Source: Antedon mediterranea
Taxonomy: Eukaryota; Animalia; Echinodermata
DNA length: 64,000 nucleotides
Direction: 5' to 3'
Assembly: GCF_964355755.1 (NCBI RefSeq)
Contig: NC_092675.1
Coordinates: 10,039,812 to 10,103,811, forward strand
Part shown: piece by piece, positions 35,366 through 48,445 of the stretch
How positions within the stretch are numbered: position 1 is the stretch's first letter
Layout: every line of letters begins with the position of its first letter
Translations under genes and position numbers: made by a program
Notes under the pieces: model-generated
What the model was told of the DNA's origin: nothing
Seen by the model: only the letters and a program-made list of their open reading frames with translations
Database searches by the model: none

Positions 35366-38300
35366 TATACACAAAAAATAAATTGATTACGAAGTTACAT
35401 GTCATTTTCACCTATCACCAAAAAACTAACCTTTTCAAAACTAATTAATTGTTACGAAGCCAATTTATATTATATATTTCATTAAAACTGAACTTTACGG
35501 TAAATGAAGAGTAAGTATCAGTTAATATGAATAATATAACTAGTAGGTCTATGAACTTGCGTCCAGACACAGAACTGTGACATTACTATCATAAATGTTG
35601 AAACCACTTATAAAACCTTTTTTTTTTAAGAAAATATAATTGTGTTAGGAGAAGGCTAATAAACAAATAGATAATGTTCAAACCTTTTTCTGGATTAATT
35701 AATGGAGCAGGCGTTCCTAATAATCTACTGTAGACTGATTGTTCACCTTCTGACGATAATTGATTGGACCCCCCACGGCATCTGATAACCAACAAAAAAT
35801 TTACGAGGACTGTTTCAATGATTTAATATCTGACGGCGTATTATTATAACATTGGCCTTAGATTGAAAGTCAAAGAAAGTCATTGTAAATACCTCCCTTT
35901 GTGTTGACAGAGCCAAAATAAAGTTTTGACCATTATCGAATGATTATTTGACAGTGACTTATTATAATACCGGCCTGGTTGACAGCAAAAACGAAGTTAT
36001 TATTTATTGATCAAGATTTTACAGATTTCCGTCTACATCTCAATAATACTGTATTATCAGCAAAGGGTTTCATATAGACTCTCTTCTCCCAGACGTTTTT
36101 TGGGTCCAGCAGCTACCTATAAATTATAGTCGAGTTTCCAAATTCACAAAACTGTCAGTCTATACTAAAGCTACCGCTATGAAACAGCTTATTAATGAAT
36201 GTGTCCTCCTGGGACATAACTGGCTAGAGCCGCGGCGCGAAAGGGGTACAGTATGCGGGACAGTATGCGATATAGTGACAGCTTAAATCATTAAATTATG
36301 TCTGTGTAAACCGAAGCAGTACGCCAATTAAAAATAAAATAAGGGTTATATCGTGTTTTACATTAGTTTTACTATTATTTCTTCGCCTGCTAAAACAAAC
36401 ATTAATTAACTTAAGATAATTAATACGATCCTCTGTAGTTGATTGTAAACTAATCCATAAATTCCTAATCAATAGAAAATTTGACCCAATCAAAATAACA
36501 AGAATTATTTGTTCGATTGTTCGGACGCCATGCGTCATCAAGTGTCTAGCGGCATCATCTAACCATGGCTCCAGAGAGATCGGCATGACAGGTACATCTT
36601 ATAATAATTGATCATAAAATCAATACATAAGTAAGTTAAATTAAAATATCAATTAAAGTAACAGTCTACATGTTTATAAATATTGACCAATCAGATAAAA
36701 GGATACTACAACAATTAAAAGAAATAATTACAGACCCTATGAACAATACATAACGGAAATAGAATTGTGTAATTAAATTGTAGAAAGAAATACAAATCAG
36801 GACCAGGTCACGTACTCAGAATTATACACGCTATGTGCACTGTTGAATTTAACGAAAAACAGTTTTGTTTCCAATAATTCATTAAGCGACTCACGAACAG
36901 AACGACACATTTTATCGTCCGTTTTTCTTTAATGTTCCATTCAGCAACGATCAACAATAAGACTGTAATAAAATAGATAACTGTTAAACGTTTGGAATGT
37001 GAAGGAAAGTGTTTCTCTATTGCACTACCCAGCGAACATTTCGCACCTTTGATTTCCTCGCTGTGAATTATGAACTTTTTAAAATATAATTTATTATGTA
37101 GGCCTATAAACGATTAGTTTAGTGGTACTGGATACATTGTAGAGATATATATGGGTTGTGAGTTGACACACTCTCCACACTTTCCAATTGGTATTAATTA
37201 ACTCGTTTAGAAATCTGCCTTGAAATTCTGTTTAGTTCTAATAAAAATCACACCCTACAATCAAACGCATCTGCGGCCTAAAATTAAAATTGTCCTGTAG
37301 GTGAGAAAGAATAAATAAAAAAATTGCTTAATCCCAATTGTTATCCCAAAATTGACAAGTACGTTTTGGTAGAACGCCCTAGGAAATTTCCAATCAATTA
37401 AAACAAAATAATAAAAGCACCTTAAGTTTAATTAGTTTAATTATTTAAACCCAATCAATTGACGCTGAGAACATTTTAATTTGAATTGATTATCCATTAC
37501 TTAGCACTCGATGAAAACTTAAGTTGTAAACAAGGTTGTATATGGATAGGATTTGTCACGGCCAATATCACAAGATACCATGATTAAAGGTAGCCAAGCG
37601 TTTTGACTGTCTGCCATGATATAGGCGGGTAAACGCAAGAGAAGTTAGCCTGTGTAGAGACGTGGTGTTTGAAATTGTATCAGAATCTAATCACCCGTAC
37701 TACAAAAAACGGATCACTCTTCTAACTCGGTTCTTGATCTGTGTAATTATACACAATTGTATGATTATACATCATATACTATACATGTTTAGCTGTGTCA
37801 TTAATTGTCTTCCAGACACCGTAATAGCATTACTGTTGTGATTTTATGGATATTAACTTCCACGTCGTTGATTCATCATAGCCTTTTGCTTGAGAACTGC
37901 AATGCTTACAAATGTCCGTCTCCGCCTTTTTTCCGGACCAGTGTTTGTGACTAAGCGGGCGTAAACGCTCGTCTCGAACACGGCAATTGCGGCTCCGCTC
38001 TCCTGTCTCCGGACAGTAACACAGCTCTGCCAGACCTAGCCTAGCTTGGTATAAAGTAATAGAATTCAGGGTCTGAAGGATATGTGAGATGCTTGTAAGC
38101 ATGTGTGAGGGGAGGTTGTGGTGTCAGTGACAGTGAAGACGTGAGTTGTTAATCAGGTAGCCGGTCGGCGACAGCTGAATTGAAACTATATAAGGATTAT
38201 TGTATATATCTATTGTATCCCTTATTGTTGTGGATGGTAAAACAACAGTATCACTCACAAGTGTAAGTATTTTATTACAAATCTGTTGACATATATATAA

Positions 38301-38641
38301 TGAAATGTGTGGAATATAATAATATAACTTACAACTTAGTGCGTTGATACAGGCGATACTTGTCTACCAAAACCGTGCTAATTAAACCAGTAAACATCGG
38401 CAAATAACTCATTCATCCCTACAGTCTTGGAGTATTCGAAAGCCAAAAGTACGAAGGAATTATAATACTTCTGTTTCTAAAGAAAATATATTGTATTTTT
38501 AGATCGTTTTAAAAGGGTAAGTATTTGAGCTCAAGTGCCGTTTACGGCCTTTTTTTCCCTAATTTTGTTATTTCATACGCATCGAACAACGAACAACTCG
38601 CCAATTACAGAATGGATGAACTATAACAATTCTATATTTAT

Positions 38642-38752
38642 ACATTTGAGGTTCGGGAGTGGATTTGAAAAAGTCGTGAGTTACAACCCTGACACTTGGT
38701 CAGGATTGAGCCCTGATTAGAAGGCAAGCACGTTAATTATCTAGCTACAGCT
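38642..38752 (-). mobile_element. tRNA-derived SINE copy (same family as ~6400)
   Basis: CATTTGAGG..GGGAGTGGA...GTCGTGAGTTACAACC...CAGGATTGA is the reverse complement of the 6400 copy. Confidence 0.6.
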
Positions 38753-38907
38753 CCACTTTCATTCTGTTTAAAGTTAAATTATAGAAATAAATAATGTCAT
38801 ATTATTATTGGGCTTATTATCTTAATCTTGAACTTGTATTTTAATTAATTTCATTTTAAATATAATTTTGAATTAATAAGAAAAAAATATTGCAGTAAAA
38901 AAAAGAG

Positions 38908-38997
38908 CATCTCCGGTGGGACTCGAACCCACAACCTTTGAATAACATCGAATATGACCTTAGAAGTCCAACGCGCTATCCATTGCGCCACGGAGAC
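38908..38997 (-). tRNA. tRNA-Arg(TCT), 17-nt intron, intact
   Basis: Full cloverleaf on the minus strand, T arm GTGGG-TTCGAGT-CCCAC, oligo-T terminator. Confidence 0.95.
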
Positions 38998-39182
38998 CAC
39001 ATATATCATATAGAACTAAATGAAACTAGGCCTATACTTTAAATAATTTACTTATTAAAAAATAATAATAATGCGTAGGTCTAACAGCGTAAACATCATT
39101 TTGGCAGAAAGCCCTCTTTATTATTAATATTTTATTAATTAATTATGATGATTGAAGTGGGCCTAGTTTCGTTTAGTTATGG

Positions 39183-39245
39183 GGTCTTCGTGGCTCAATG
39201 GACTTCGAAGAGTGAAATACGATGGTATTCAAAGATCCGAAGATG
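39183..39245 (+). pseudogene. Inverted, doubly deleted tRNA-Arg copy
   Basis: GTCTTCGTGGCTCAATGGA|CTTCGAA-intron-ATTCAAAG|..CCGAAGATG followed by a T run. It lacks the D-arm 3' half and the T arm. Confidence 0.75.
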
Positions 39246-40202
39246 CGCTTTTTTTAATGCCATTATTTTCATTTCATTCATACCGTTTTCTTTTACAAAT
39301 GCTGTTGCAGAAGGCTTAAAAAGTACGTGCACGGCGTGGTCAATGAATGTTTACTTAATGTTCAGAAAATACCCGTGGTTAAATCACGTACATACATTTT
39401 AGAAACAAGTTAACAACTACTGGTACAATCTCTCATGATATATTATTAGATAAGATTTTGTGGTAGGCCTATAAGAGGAGTTCCGCTAAACTGGTTCTCA
39501 AACTATCTTAAACAAGAAATATTTCTTACAAAAAACGCCGCTCGACTTTTTGGCTAACATTTTTAATCATTTTTTTAAATTCATCTTTCTTTAGATACGA
39601 TTTATTATTTTTGTTTAAAAATCATTTTGTGTAAATATAGTCTGACCTACTGAACAAAAATATAATTATAAACTAAACTAGTATATGTACATATTCCAGG
39701 GTAGGAGCATTAACTTCCTACTGACCCGGCCCAGGATGGGAAATGAATGTATTTTAAAGCTACTGAATTTACATATCTAGGCTTATTTCTAGACGAAATA
39801 TTATCATTTAATTTTGTCGGCCAACAATGTATCTCTTACCAAGGAACACATATTTTGAATAATTTAACAGATTGTGTAAAACAATCCCCCACTTTAAGTT
39901 TGTTTAAGCAGACGGATTAAAGCAACATTATATCAAGAAATATTTAAGTTAAGTAAATCACATTTTGTTATTTTGTTTTTTGTACACTAATGTTCGATCT
40001 TTTTTTGTTAGGGTTACATGTTTAAAGCATTTTTCCATTATCATTATTTTTATTGTATTTTTAGGCCTATCTGTTTTTATTTTGCTTATGGAATCAAAAT
40101 GTCGATGATTGATTGATTGAAATCAAATACCAAATAAGTAATTTGTGGAAAAAAGATATGAATTAAATACAAATATTTAAATAATGGAATTTTAAAAAAT
40201 AG

Positions 40203-40293
40203 CATCTCCGGTGGGACTCGAACCCACAACCTTTGAATACCATCGTATTACCTCTTTAGAAGTCCAACGCGCTATCCATTGCGCCACGGAGAC
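40203..40293 (-). tRNA. tRNA-Arg(TCT), 18-nt intron, intact
   Basis: Exons identical to the 38908 copy, different intron, oligo-T terminator. Confidence 0.95.
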
Positions 40294-40866
40294 CACATTT
40301 AGTATGCATAACTAAATGAAAGTACTGCTATACTTCAAATAAATTACTTATTAAATATTAATAATAAACAGGGCATTATTGGATACTGTTGAAGAAGGCT
40401 GAAGCATTACGTATACAGTAAAAAAAAAACATTATGGCATAATTATCATCAGTATTTTTCCTTGCTGTTCGGTTTAGAAAATATCAGTGGTTGAATTTAT
40501 ATACAAAAGAATTCATGTGCGGATAAAAGTTATGAATGAATTACAAATAATAGAATTTTTTAAAAAAAGAGCATAATAATAATAATAATAATAACACTAA
40601 TAATAATAAATAATAATATATTTATACAGGATAAAACAATCAGATAATAGTGTATCTGTTTTACATTGTGGTCCTGTTGCACAGAGGACTGAAATATAAC
40701 ATCTACTGTAAAGAAAAATCATTAATATTGCATAATTATCATCAGTATTTTTAGGCTACCAGCTGTTCGGTTTAGAAAATATCAGTGGTTGAACTTATAT
40801 ACAAAATAATTAATGTGTGGATAAACGGTATGAATGAAATATAAATAATGGAATTAAAAAAAATAG

Positions 40867-40919
40867 CATCTCGGTGGGACTCGAACCCACAACCTTTGAA
40901 TACCATCGTATTGCACACT
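40867..40919 (-). pseudogene. tRNA-Arg fragment (intron and 3' exon only)
   Basis: The 3' half and intron are present and the 5' exon is deleted. Confidence 0.85.
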
Positions 40920-41134
40920 CTGCGTATACGATACGAAACTAAACTAAACTAAGCCTATACTTCAAATCATTTACGTATATTAAAATATTAATAATAAACA
41001 GGGCATTACTGTATACTGCTACAGAAGGCTTAAAAAGAAAAGAAAATACCTGTTGTTGAAGAATTAAATACCAAAGAAGTAATGTGTGGAAAAACGGTAG
41101 GAATGAAGAAAAAAAATAGTGGCATAAAAAAAAG

Positions 41135-41225
41135 CATCTCCGATGGGACACGAACCCACAACCTTTCAAAAACATCGAATATGACACTTAGAAGTCTAAC
41201 GCGCTATACATTGCGCCACAGAAAT
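41135..41225 (-). pseudogene. Degenerate tRNA-Arg(TCT)
   Basis: Full length, with substitutions in the acceptor stem, D loop, anticodon stem and T loop. Confidence 0.85.
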
Positions 41226-41451
41226 AACATTTAGCTACACTTCAAATAATTTACTTATTAAATATTAATAATAAACAGGGCATTATTGGATACTGTTGCA
41301 GAAGGCTGAAGCATTACGTATACAGTAAAAAAACCATTATGGCATAATGATTTTTACATGCCGTTCGGTTTAGAAAGAAGAAATAAATACCAATGAAGTA
41401 ATGTAAACGGTATGAATAAATACAAATAATGAAATCTTAAAAAAAACAGAG

Positions 41452-41525
41452 CATCTCCGATGGGACTCGAACCCACAACCTTTGAATACCATCGATTTGC
41501 ACACTTAAAAGTCCAACGCGCTATC
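41452..41525 (-). pseudogene. 5'-truncated tRNA-Arg copy with anticodon changed to TTT
   Basis: Lacks the acceptor 5' strand and A box. TTAAAAG replaces TTAGAAG. Confidence 0.85.
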
Positions 41526-41813
41526 AAGTGACAACACGTTGTATTCACAACTAACTGAATATAGAGCTATACAAATATATTATATATTTTAAATATTAAT
41601 AATAAACTTGGCATTGTCGTTACACAGAGGGCTGAAATATTACCTGTAGGCCTACTGTAAAGAAAAATCATTATGGCATAATTATCGTCAGTATTTTTAG
41701 GCTACTAGCTGTTCGGTTTAGAAAATATCAGTGGTTTAATTTATATACCAAAGAATTAATGTGTGAATAAACGGTATGAAAGAAATATAAATAATGGAAT
41801 TTTTAAAAAAGAG

Positions 41814-41904
41814 CATCTCCGGTGGGACTCGAACCCAAAACCTTTGAATACCATCGTATTGCACACTTAGAAGTCCAACGCGCTATCCATTGCGCCACGA
41901 AGAC
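41814..41904 (-). tRNA. tRNA-Arg(TCT), near-intact (one extra acceptor G:U and one T-stem mismatch)
   Basis: Full length with intron. Function uncertain. Confidence 0.75.
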
Positions 41905-42153
41905 CACACTTTGTACAGTATACAGAACTAACTGAAAATAGAGCTATACAAATAAATTACTTATTAAATATTAACAATAAACTGGGCATTATTGGATACT
42001 TTTACAGAAGGCCTAAACATTCAACGTATAGTAACAATTATGGCAAAATTACGTTTACTTGCTGTTCGATTAAGAAGATACCTGTACACTAAAGAATTAA
42101 TGTGTGGAAAAACGGTAGAAACGAAGAAAAAAAAATAGTGGCTCAAAAATGAG

Positions 42154-42246
42154 CATCTCCGGTGGGACTCGAACCCATACAACCTTTGAATACCATCGTA
42201 TATCACCCTTAGAAGTCCAACGCGCTATCCATTGCACCACGGAGAC
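42154..42246 (-). tRNA. tRNA-Arg(TCT) with a 2-nt insertion at the T stem/variable loop and a D-stem change, possibly a pseudogene
   Basis: GAACCCATACAACC versus consensus GAACCCACAACC, and TTGCACC versus TTGCGCC. Confidence 0.65.
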
Positions 42247-42492
42247 CACCGTATACTAAATTTGGAGAAAATATGCCTATATTTAAAATTATTTACGTAT
42301 TAAAATATTTTTAATAATAATATACAGACAGACAACTAAACGAAACTAGGCCTATACTTCAAATAATTTACGTATATTCAAATATTATTAAAAAGCACAA
42401 AACATTGCCACAGAGGGCGAAAACAGGGATATACTGTAGTATTCAAAGCATTTAGCCTACTTATTAAAATATTGAAATACGAATAATAATAA

Positions 42493-42566
42493 GACTCGAA
42501 CCCACAGCCTTTGAATACCATCGTATATCACCCTTAGAATTCCAATGCGCTATCGATTGCGCCACG
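42493..42566 (-). pseudogene. tRNA-Arg copy lacking both acceptor-stem strands; a further fragment lies at about 42671-42708
   Basis: The GACTCGAACCCAC...TTAGAA...TTGCGCCACG core is retained. Confidence 0.8.
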
Positions 42567-44776
42567 TATAATACTAATGTGCAAAAGAGGGAAGGGAGAT
42601 GAATAAAATAGATAAAGATCAACTTTTAATCGAATGAATAAAACACAGCAGTTTAAACATAAACCATTTCAGGTGGGACTCGAAACCACAGCATTAGAAT
42701 ACCATCGTTTTAAGAAATTAGTTGGAACAATTTTCAACCTATTACCATACACGGTATTTTTGCGTAAGTGTGATATACGTACACAGTCAATGTACAGCAT
42801 GGATCTTTGTTCTTTCCCCAAAAAATAAATTAAAAAAAGATCAAAATCCAAGTTAGGTTTAGGTTGAATGTTTCATTTAAGTACATTCATCACTTCCTTG
42901 TAGTCTATAATGTTTGAATAAATCTGTAAATGTTCTGTTCAAAACAATAAATGCATGTTACTATTATATTATATTATGCAAGTCACATTGCAGGCACTCA
43001 AGTATATAAGCATGGAGGAAAAATTTTCACCTATGAAAAGAAAATTGAATTAGCGCCCTCTTTTATTGATACATCTTCAACTCGGTCAAAACAGTATGTT
43101 AAAAATAACAAATAAGATATATTTTAAAAAGGGTTTTGTAAACTTGGTGCATTTTGAATTGACTTAAGAAGATTGTTTCACTGTTTAGGAGCTGCAACTG
43201 CATATGTTAGATCACCATAGGTGACTAGTATCAACATTATTGTGTCTTAAAGTTGATACTTCATCATGTTATGGTAGATATTCGGTGTGTTTGAAACTAA
43301 TCAATGTACTTGAATATGTTAAACATTTGAATGTATTCAACCACCATCTTCCTAACATTCCAACTACACAATTCCACTTGAAACATTTACTTCTAGTAAT
43401 TTCAATGTACATACAACGCTTAAACCATGTATACAATAATAATAATATGTATTTCAAAATAATAAGTAGGCCTACTTATACTTATTTTATTCATGCTTAA
43501 ACCAACGTTAACGCTACTAAGATGTAAATTTACAATTATTTTATATTCATAATTTGAATTAACAATTATACAAAAATGAATAAATTCTACTAGCTTTTAC
43601 TCACTAGAAAGTACGTATTTTATTTTTTATTGTATTATGCAAATTTTGGTGAAAATAACAGTTAAATTTACAGCTAGGTATTATTAAAATTACGGTATAA
43701 GTACCGATACCAAACCCAGCGTTTTAATACCAAACGTTATCTCAGGACGCCCTCACTTGGTAAAAATAATCAAAACTTTTGTTACTGAGCTCCTCCCAAT
43801 TATTAACAAGAATAGTCCATTGTTGCTAAATCGGACCAATCGTATCAAACAGTGTAATTAATCTTCAACTCCGCCTACTTTAAGAAGTTAATGCCATTAT
43901 ATTTGAGTAACTTGTTTCTAACCAAATTCTCATTCTCTATTGAGAGGTTGTTTAGTTAACCACGACTAGGCTACACTAGCAACTAACTTGTGTCAATATT
44001 GTGTCATCTGTTAAAAATCTTCAACTACTTTTAAAGTACAGGCTTTTTTTATTCTATTCTATTTTGGAATTACTTATATCAGGTACGATGATTTTCTTTA
44101 ATTATAATGAATAATACTGTATAATATTTATTTTTTTCCCTTGTATTTAAATTGTTGATTTTCTTTAATAAAGTAATAGGCTATGTGATATATTTAAATG
44201 TATTGGTTTTCTTTCAATTTAAATATAAAATAAAGGTCAATGTGTTTCTGTTTAAAGTATTAAGTTTGTATTAGAAAAAGTTAAGTTCACTTAAGTAAAC
44301 ACAATTTATAATTGCATTTGTAGTTTGTTACTAAAATGTATATGTTTAATATGAATTATTTTAAGGGGGGTTGTTTTGATGAAACGATTAATTTTATCAT
44401 CTTATCGTCACAATGTATAACGATAGTCTGAAATCGTTAAGAAATGATATTGTGTTAAATAAGTTGGATTTATTTAACAATCATTAACACAAAATTGTGG
44501 TAATATTTAAGTTCGTTATCATTGTTCACTGATAACCCGACTGTATAATATGATATCGTTTCCTTACAATGTTTGCATTCAATCAATTCATTATAATATT
44601 AAACTTCATTAAACTTCATTGAATTGAGCTTTACCTTTTATTAAATCATAATGGGAATTACTGTTTTAACATTAAACCGTTTTCTTTTTCATCTTAAAAA
44701 TAAAAATCCTAAAATTTAGGCAATAAGTTTAATTGTTTTCCGATACAATTATTATAAATTAAAAGTAAATTCTCAA

Positions 44777-44959
44777 AAATGTACATTTTCTAAAGTTTTA
44801 AAATATCAAATTTAATAATTCTACAACTACTAATTCCGGGCGAATTTCTTTTTATATTATATTATATATATAATAATAATAATATAAAAAATTCGCCCGG
44901 ACTTAGTAGTTGTAGAATTATTAAATTTGATATTTTAAAACTTTAGAAAATGTACATTT
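44777..44959. repeat. Long inverted repeat (~70-bp arms, AT-rich spacer) between two ~38-bp direct repeats
   Basis: AAATGTACATTTTCTAAAG...CCGGGCGAATTT and its reverse complement. GATACAATTATTATAA.TTAA.AGTAAATTCT occurs at about 44742 and 44973. Confidence 0.9.
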
Positions 44960-45301
44960 ATTTTTTTTTTCAGATACAATTATTATAACTTAATAGTAAA
45001 TTCTTAAAATTTGGCCTACATTTGCTAGTTTTTAAATAGCAAAGTAATTAATATTTTAATCATTTTATACCGTTAGGCATATGTCTCATTTTCAAAAGAA
45101 AGCAACAATTATTAAATACTAAGTACTATTTCTTATGTTTTTATCATGACTTAAAGTATTTTATATAATTCAGAATGTTTAAATAAAACGACTAATGAAT
45201 CATAATTAATTAATAATTTTTAATTTTATCATGAAGGTTAGCATAATATGTAAAATAAATATAATTTATTGTTATATATATTATATTATTTTTTTTTTAG
45301 A

Positions 45302-45452
45302 ATGCAATATTTTGGTCAAGTTCGTCATCCGTTATTTACACCAGGAACTATGGATCCAATCTACGGGTTTTACCCAGGCTCGTACCCAGCGCCGCCACCA
45401 CCGGGTTTCCATCCTTCTGGACAGCCTTTAACACTAGCAGAACGGCTTGCAG
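45302..45452 (+). CDS. Dmbx1: Dmbx homeobox gene, coding exon 1
   Basis: ATG 1 nt after a T-rich AG acceptor (5' UTR intron, with a candidate upstream donor at 44083). MQYFG...LTLAERLA is the Dmbx N-terminal motif. Donor G|GTAGG. Confidence 0.92.
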
Positions 45453-46353
45453 GTAGGCCTAAGTCCTGAACATTTATAGGATTTCTACCAGCTTAATGTA
45501 ATCACTATAATAGCTTATGCCTTATTTAACGCTTGCCTAAATACAATTAAAAAACGAGTTATAAGTCAGTTTTAATTAACGCTGTGGAATAATATCCCAA
45601 CATTCCTACTTTTAACATCAACCAATGAAGCATATTGAACAGAAACTGCTAATCCGAATAAAAAGGTTTGAAAACTATTAGATGCTTATAAAAATTCTAT
45701 AAAAATGCCAAAAGGCATTGAAGGTTAATCACTTGAATAAACGTCCACGCGTAAAAGAAAGGTTGATACCCTTTAAATCAGGTTACCCTCACTCAACTGA
45801 AGATTAAAACATGATTTCAAAACTTCTCTACGCATGTCGTGTCTTAGCATACTTAAGATTGGTTAAAGGTGTATTCACTAATTTCACAATGACCTACAAA
45901 CTTTATTTAATTCTATCAATTGAATAAGAAACTTTAATCGTTGATACCCTACGGGACTTTATCAAGCTTAACACGAATGACAATTGCGTACAAATAGCGC
46001 CGCAAGCATAGTTATTTGGTAAACATTCTCAATTTCCATTGAAAAGTATTAAAGATTGGTTTATTTAGGACTCTAAACTCGAGGGCTTAAAAGTAATTGT
46101 CGAAAGTTTGTCAACTATTGTGCGAGAATTTTAGCATTAGCAGTTTTATCAACCTAAGCTGGATCTAATAATTTTCATGAACTTGTTTGCGGCTTTGTTA
46201 TGAGAATGCAAGTTTTTAGATCATTGCCCTTACAATAAACACCTTCAAGTTCGAGTATATAAACTAATTAAATTTAACAAAGACGATATTTCAAGCACTT
46301 TTTATTTTCTTAGTATTTTAAATTCGACACTTTCAATATTATTCTTTGATTAG

Positions 46354-46529
46354 ATATTTTATTGGAAGCTAAATATGGAGCGCATCGTAAGCAGCGTCGA
46401 AGTCGGACAGCATTCACCAATCAACAGCTTTCTACCTTGGAAAAGGCGTTTACGAAGACGCACTATCCAGACGTTGTAATGAGGGAGAAATTAGCTATGT
46501 GTACTAATCTTCCAGAAGCTAGAATTCAG
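46354..46529 (+). CDS. Dmbx1: Dmbx coding exon 2 (homeodomain residues 1-46)
   Basis: [59 protein letters not shown], donor CAG|GTAAG at the conserved PRD-class intron position. Absent from the ORF track. Confidence 0.97.
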
Positions 46530-46640
46530 GTAAGATAAAATGTTTTACAATATAATTTGTTTCCTTTTAATAATTCATTCATTCATAAACATCTATTCAG
46601 TTATTTGACAATAATAATGAATTAATAATTAATAATGAAT

Positions 46641-47823
46641 TAGACCAAACCGGTCTACCGAAGATGCTGTATCGATCACTTTGCATAGGATCTTAGAGCA
46701 TCTCGAACGTGATAAAAGATATGCTAGGATTTTATATATAGATTTTAGTTCAGCATTTAATACGATTGTACCGTATAAGTTACACACTAAGATGGTTGAA
46801 ATCGGTTTCGATATTTCTATATGTAACTGGGTGTTAAACTTTTTAACTGATCGACCCCAACGTACTAAAGTGGGTACCACTATACCAGATAAGCGTATTA
46901 TAAATACAGGTGTACCACAGGGCTGTGTACTGTCGCCCTTTCTTTTTACTTTATTTACTTATGACTGTGTTACCTACTACAGTAACTGTCACATCGCTAA
47001 ATTTGCGGATGATACTACCATTGTAGGTCTAATCAATGATGACAGTGATGAGTCTAATTATCGCAACCAAGTTAAACGAGTTGTAGACTGGTGTAACGAA
47101 AACAATCTGTTCTTGAATGTATCTAAGACTAAAGGAATGGTTGTTGATTTCCGTAAATCACTTAATGTCAAATATCCAATATTTATTAATGGTATATCAG
47201 TTGAGTTTGTAGAAGAATTTAAATTCTTGGGTATTTATATTTCAAATGATCTGAAGTGGCATATTAACATACGTAACATTATTAGAAAGGCCCAAAGAAG
47301 AATCTACTTCCTACGTAGACTTAAATCATTTGGTATAAACTCTGTAATAATGTCGTCCTTCTATAGGTCAGTTATAGAGAGTGTAATAACGTATTCTTTA
47401 ACGGTATGGTTCGGTAGCGCTACCGAAAATGAAAAGCGTGACCTAAATAGAATAGTCAAGACCGCATCGCGTATAATTGGATCTACACAACTGCCTTTGG
47501 AGAACATATTTTCGGATCGTCTTCTGAAAAAGGCAGTGGCTATCAAAGATGATCATTTTCATCCGGCCTCTAGTATGTTCCAGTTGATGCGCAGCGGTCG
47601 GCGATTTCGTTCTATTAAGGCCAATAAGGCACGATTTACAAATAGTTTCTTTCCAGGATCTATTAGAGCCTTAAATATGATGTAGACTTTTTTTTGTAAT
47701 GTTCTTGTTTTTTGAGTTCGTGTTGTGTCCGTTGGATATTGTGCTCCGCCAACAGAGCAAACAGAATTTCTATGTTTTTCCTAAAACAAATGATAATAAA
47801 TGATACTTGACTTGACTTGACTT
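46641..47823 (+). mobile_element. 5'-truncated Rex1/Babar-type LINE inside the homeobox intron
   Basis: Open RT frame from RPNRSTEDA to the stop at 47685, with DFSSAFNTI, GVPQGCVLSP, FADD, KAQRRIYFLRRL and SGRRFRS..NSFFP. 3' tail of (GACTT)n repeats. Confidence 0.92.
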
Positions 47824-47964
47824 ATTCTCTATTTATAATTCTATTTTAAAAAGTAATAAAACTAATGCATATTGCTTTAAAAAAAGTATCTTACCTCACA
47901 TTGGACACAATATAATGTGTGTTTAGTTAGCGCAACAAAGATAACATTATATATATTTGTTTAG

Positions 47965-48289
47965 GTTTGGTTTAAAAACCGACGTGCTAAGTACAGAAAA
48001 CAGCAACGTAACCGATGCGTAGACTCAAATACCACAGATGTCAAATCTGACGCTGAAGATAAACCAATTCAAGAAGATATCGACGTAGAGAGCGACGAAG
48101 CTGGAGAAGATGATGTTGACACTAAGGCTACTATAATCAAAGAAGAAGTTTCATCATCAAATTCTCTTGAAAACAAACATTTTCCATCGAATGAGATGAA
48201 GACAGATCTTATTAAAACTGAAGAAAAAGAGGAGTGTGTAGAGTTAAACAAAGATCAAGATGAAACCAGAAAAAGCCCATTTTCACAAG
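47965..48289 (+). CDS. Dmbx1: Dmbx coding exon 3 (recognition helix with K50, acidic linker)
   Basis: ttag|VWFKNRRAKYRKQQR..., 325 nt, donor AG|GTATT in phase 1. Confidence 0.95.
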
Positions 48290-48445
48290 GTATTCTTAAC
48301 ATTTTGGTTGCAATTTGTGTATTTCGTATTGGATTATTTACATAATAAACAATTTACAATAATATTTATCTACAACCTATAAATCATATTTTAAACATAT
48401 TGTATGTATACTGTAAACTATGTTGTATTCTTTATATCTGTACAG

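Noticed and set aside
37830-38250. Possible solo LTR or other element (GC-richer, short TACTGTTGT inverted ends)
   Set aside because: No convincing TSD, second copy or coding remnant in the window.
46681-47685. Domesticated RT exon of Dmbx
   Set aside because: The Dmbx exons splice in frame around it, and it has a truncated 5' end and a LINE repeat tail.
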